64,000 bases of DNA from Candidatus Bathyarchaeia archaeon (GTDB lineage: Archaea > Thermoproteota > Bathyarchaeia > 40CM-2-53-6), in contig JBEKFP010000001.1 in the NCBI GenBank assembly GCA_050013255.1, positions 576,001 through 640,000 on the forward strand, given 5' to 3'. Shown in pieces: positions 60,545-64,000 of this stretch. The position numbers were made by a program, and so were the translations under genes. The first letter of the stretch is position 1. Each line of letters begins with the position of its first letter. The notes beneath the pieces are model-generated. The model was not told where the DNA came from. It was given only the letters and a program-made list of their open reading frames with translations, and did no database searches.

Positions 60545-61219
60545 TTAGGAAGGGGGAGCCAGTTCTAGGACTTCCAGTTCTGAATTCCTCCTTAGGCGCA
60601 TATCAAAGACTTCTTCGAAATTCCTGTGCACTTCATTCTTGACAAGGCCGAAGTCCATCTCCCTACTAAGTAGAGCTTTCATTGAGGTCATCGTTGAGCC
60701 TGGGAATCCACAAGGGGTTATCATCTGGAAATAATTCAGGTCGGTGTTTACATTGAGTGCGGCTCCATGGAAGGTAACCCAGTTTCGAACTGCCGCTCCG
60801 ATTGAAGCTATCTTCTTTCTGCCAACCCAAACGCCCGTCTGCTCTCCGCGCTCTCCGGCAATTCCGAACTTGGCGAGGGCCCGGATTAGCGTCTCCTCGA
60901 TGTTCCGGAGAAACCCATGGATGTCCCGCTGGCGTGCATTTAGGTCTAGGATCGGGTACCCGACCAACTGGCCCGGGCCATGGTAAGTCCATTGGCCGCC
61001 TCGCTCTATCCTGAAGACCGGGACACCCTCCACGGTTGCTGGGACTTCGCCTGCAATGCCCTTCCCCACTGTGAAAACATGCGGGTGCTCCACCAACACT
61101 AACGTGTCCGGTATGGCTTTCTTAACTCGAAGCTCGAGCAGCTTGCGCTGCAGGTTCCAGACTTCCGCGTAATCCCGCGAGCCTAGGTCTAGGAGATTTC
61201 CTTCGATTGTTGTAGGCAT
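60545..61219 (-). CDS. lipB: Lipoyl(octanoyl) transferase
   Basis: VEHPHVFTVG, RGGQWTYHGPGQLVGYP, KIASIG, HGAALN, PCG. Confidence 0.93.
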   Translation of the reverse strand: MPTTIEGNLLDLGSRDYAEVWNLQRKLLELRVKKAIPDTLVLVEHPHVFTVGKGIAGEVPATVEGVPVFRIERGGQWTYHGPGQLVGYPILDLNARQRDIHGFLRNIEETLIRALAKFGIAGERGEQTGVWVGRKKIASIGAAVRNWVTFHGAALNVNTDLNYFQMITPCGFPGSTMTSMKALLSREMDFGLVKNEVHRNFEEVFDMRLRRNSELEVLELAPPS

Positions 61220-61264
61220 CGAGGCATCTCACAGTGCATTTGGAAGCGCGTGGTGTCGAATCAA

Positions 61265-61813
61265 TTAGAGGTACCCTGCCCTTTCCAGTATGTCGCGATG
61301 CCCCCGCGCAAGCTTCATCTTACGAACCTTCGCGGTTGGAAGGAAGCGCATTTCGGACCACCACGGCCTAATCTTGGGTAGCTGCCGGATTCGCATCTCG
61401 TATACGAAGCAAATGTCCCAGTGCCGGAATTGTCTCCCCGACCGCTTGTACCCGGGATGCCCAGGTGTCTGCGGTCTAACATGAGATTGCACCATGACGA
61501 AGCTAGGGGTTCCCGTAAGGCCGGCCCACTGGTGGGCGATTCGGCGGGCGGCGTGGTCGGGCGGCTCTTCCATCAGAAGATGAGTAGCAGGAAGCAACCA
61601 TGCGCCTTCTTTCCCAATCTCGCCCGCATGGCGTTTTGGAAAGCCGCCTTTCTCAGGCCATGCGTCATGTGCCTTCGGACGGCCGAGGAGTATTGAATCG
61701 CCTTTGCGGGCAACTATGAAAGCTGATAGGCATAAACCAGCTGGAGGCGTGTGGGTCATCCAAGACGGAGTTCGAGGGCCTATTCGCGCCCATCGCACAC
61801 TTACAGGTCGCAT
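61265..61813 (-). CDS. Degenerate NUDIX-fold protein
   Basis: ILLGR, WLLPATHLLMEEPPDHAARRI, HWDICFVY. Confidence 0.6.
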   Translation of the reverse strand: MRPVSVRWARIGPRTPSWMTHTPPAGLCLSAFIVARKGDSILLGRPKAHDAWPEKGGFPKRHAGEIGKEGAWLLPATHLLMEEPPDHAARRIAHQWAGLTGTPSFVMVQSHVRPQTPGHPGYKRSGRQFRHWDICFVYEMRIRQLPKIRPWWSEMRFLPTAKVRKMKLARGHRDILERAGYL

Positions 61814-61830
61814 CTGAATTCCTTCAGTTA

Positions 61831-63222
61831 TTACTTTTGTAGAATATGAATTGCTTTTCCTTTTGCGGCTTCCGCGGCTTCCATGATGCTTTCCGGCAAG
61901 GTTGGGTGTGGGTGTACTGTCAATCCAATGTCCTCCAAGGTCGCGCCCATTTCAATCGCCAGCGCAGCCTCGCTGATCATATCCGACGCTTCGGCGCCAA
62001 CAATGTGAACGCCCAGAACAATGTCTGAACTTTTGTCCGCAACTATTTTCGCGAAGCCCTCGGTTTCTCCGGCGAGCATTGCGCGGCCCAGAGCTGTGAA
62101 AGGAAACTTTCCAACAATTGGATCATAGCCCTTCTCTTTTGCTTGAGCTTCAGTGAGGCCAACCGTTGCAATTTCGGGGTCCGAGAATATTACGCCGGCG
62201 ATCGCGCGGAAGTCTGCTTCACTGTTCATGCCTGCGATGGCTTCGGCTGCTACGATGCCTTGCTTCGAGGCTTTGTGGGCTAGCATTGGTGGGCCGACTA
62301 TGTCGCCTATGGCGTAGATGCCGGGCACGTTGGTTTGCATTTTCTTATCGACCTGAATGAAACCGTGGGCATCTGTCTTCACGCCGGTCGCTTGCAGTCC
62401 AATCTGGTCGCTGTTCGGGCGCCTTCCCACCGTAACCAAGACTTTGTCAGCATCGAACGCCGCTTCCTTGCCGTCTTCCAATTCAGCGTAAACTTTCCCG
62501 CCGCGAAATTCTTTAGCCTTCGATTTTACGTGGTAATCCACGCCAAGTTTGCGGAGGGAACGTTCTACGACTCTCACTAGTTCTATGTCCGTTCCTGGGA
62601 GAAGTTGCTCCAACATTTCGATAATCGTGACCTTGCTTCCGAGTTGGGTGTACATGGTTCCCATTTCTAACCCCGTGACGCCTCCGCCGATTATGACGAG
62701 GTTCTTTGGGATCTCTTGAAGCGCGAGGGCTTCGGTTGAGCTGATTATGCGTGTCCCATCAAACCTGAAGGTGGGAAGGTCGAAGTAGCGTGAGCCAGTA
62801 GCTATCACAACATCCTTTGTCTCTATGCTTTCGATCCCAGCGGTGGTCTTCACTTCAAGTTGCTTTGGGCCTGTGAAGGTGCCTACTCCCTTGATGATTT
62901 TGACATTATTCCCCTTGCACAGGTATTCGACGCCTTGCGTTAGCCGGTCGACTACGCTCTGCTTCCACGCCTGCACCTTAGGAAAATCGACCTTAAGGCC
63001 GGTCACTTCGAGGCCGATCTGTTTGGCGGCTTCGATCCTCTTCTTCAGTTTAGCTACGCGGATGAGCGCTTTGGAGGGGATGCATCCTATATTCAAACAA
63101 ACTCCGCCGAGTTGATCCTTTTCGATTAGAGTTGTTTCTTTCCCAAGCTGGCCTAGCCTGATGGCGGCTACGTACCCGCCCGGTCCTGCTCCGAGAACGA
63201 CAACTTCTGTTTTCTGCGCCAT
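61831..63222 (-). CDS. lpdA: Dihydrolipoamide dehydrogenase
   Basis: GAGPGG, GGVCLNIGCIPSK, GRRPN, AIGD, HPHPTLPE. Confidence 0.96.
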   Translation of the reverse strand: MAQKTEVVVLGAGPGGYVAAIRLGQLGKETTLIEKDQLGGVCLNIGCIPSKALIRVAKLKKRIEAAKQIGLEVTGLKVDFPKVQAWKQSVVDRLTQGVEYLCKGNNVKIIKGVGTFTGPKQLEVKTTAGIESIETKDVVIATGSRYFDLPTFRFDGTRIISSTEALALQEIPKNLVIIGGGVTGLEMGTMYTQLGSKVTIIEMLEQLLPGTDIELVRVVERSLRKLGVDYHVKSKAKEFRGGKVYAELEDGKEAAFDADKVLVTVGRRPNSDQIGLQATGVKTDAHGFIQVDKKMQTNVPGIYAIGDIVGPPMLAHKASKQGIVAAEAIAGMNSEADFRAIAGVIFSDPEIATVGLTEAQAKEKGYDPIVGKFPFTALGRAMLAGETEGFAKIVADKSSDIVLGVHIVGAEASDMISEAALAIEMGATLEDIGLTVHPHPTLPESIMEAAEAAKGKAIHILQK

Positions 63223-63300
63223 TCTAAACCACGATTCCGTGTTTACTTTGTCGAGTTCGTTATCGTATTGAAGGCTGGTATTTAGCTCGCTTTCCTCACG

Positions 63301-64000
63301 TCAACGCTGGAAGATTTTACTGTAGGTTAGTCCAAGCACAGCGAACACGAGCGTGACCGATAGGAGCACTCCGACGAACGGGAGGATGGCGAGCGAGATG
63401 GCTAGGGAGATCCAGGGCAGAATTCTGCCTCCTCTTCTGCCTTTGAGGAGCTTTATGCCCGCGACTGAACCAATGACGTAGACTATAATCGCAGCTCCGC
63501 TTGGAATCAGAAGAGCAGTCTCTAGGTCAACATTTAGGAAATAGAAGATGCCTATGACCGAGAGTGCGAGCCCCGAGAGGAGAGTGAGCGAGCGGGTGGG
63601 TGCTCCGGTTCTACCGTCCACGTTTGCGAGGTATTTCGGGAACCCACCGTCCCTTGCAACGGAATAGATTACTCTCGACATCCCAGTCATGTAGGCGTTT
63701 ACGGTGCTGAAAATGATGAAGACTGCAAGGATTGCTGTTCCCGGTGCTCCATAAATCCCTAGGACGTTTGAAAGGATAGCCGCGAATGGGGCGACGCTTC
63801 CCCCTGCTTTGTAGGCGAGCGTCCCAACGGTCATGAGAGCGACTGAAACGTATAGTGCGCTGATTATGATTACGCTAAGCATTATGCTCCGGTGGAAGTC
63901 GCGCTTAGGATTCTCAAACTCTTCCGCCACATTGGACACATTTTCGTAACCGAGGTACGACCAGAAAATTAGTGCGGCAGACACTCCAATCGGGATGATG
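63301..64000 (-). CDS. APC-family amino acid permease, 3' part (starts outside the window)
   Basis: FWSYLGYE, AEEFENPKRD, SRVIYSVARDG. Confidence 0.88.
   Translation of the reverse strand, partial: IIPIGVSAALIFWSYLGYENVSNVAEEFENPKRDFHRSIMLSVIIISALYVSVALMTVGTLAYKAGGSVAPFAAILSNVLGIYGAPGTAILAVFIIFSTVNAYMTGMSRVIYSVARDGGFPKYLANVDGRTGAPTRSLTLLSGLALSVIGIFYFLNVDLETALLIPSGAAIIVYVIGSVAGIKLLKGRRGGRILPWISLAISLAILPFVGVLLSVTLVFAVLGLTYSKIFQR

Noticed and set aside
1701-63115. Numerous short antisense or alternative-frame ORFs in the track (e.g. 1701..2123, 21471..21956, 51145..51651)
   Set aside because: Shadow ORFs overlapping well-supported genes.

Overview
Archaeal chromosomal segment, about 50% GC. 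Alba, F420-linked enzymes, degenerate KaiC/RAD55 domains, PEF/PGF-CTERM-like anchors and frequent TTG/GTG starts fit a TACK archaeon such as Bathyarchaeia (inference). It holds about 60 mostly metabolic or accessory genes, including pyrD, ppa, albA, moaA, lipB, lpdA and csaA. I found no rRNA, intact tRNA, CRISPR array, integrase or transposase. Main highlights: (1) a coupled operon at 4.7-9.6 kb encoding a Tat-exported 4x[4Fe-4S] protein and an ActC-like NrfD membrane subunit, flanked by two atypical CxxPC cupredoxins, with no c-type cytochrome or molybdo-subunit, i.e. a candidate copper-based Alternative Complex III; (2) a dispersed family of degenerate tRNA-3'-end-like repeats (GGTTCAAAT-N13-CCA, often with a CA-repeat/GACGA leader) at 50.3 kb and 54.7-57.6 kb, bracketing accessory genes; (3) a perfect 68-bp direct repeat around a DoxX gene; (4) a P-type ATPase split by one in-frame TAA; (5) a 28% Tyr low-complexity mini-protein. 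All family assignments come from motif recognition, not database searches.
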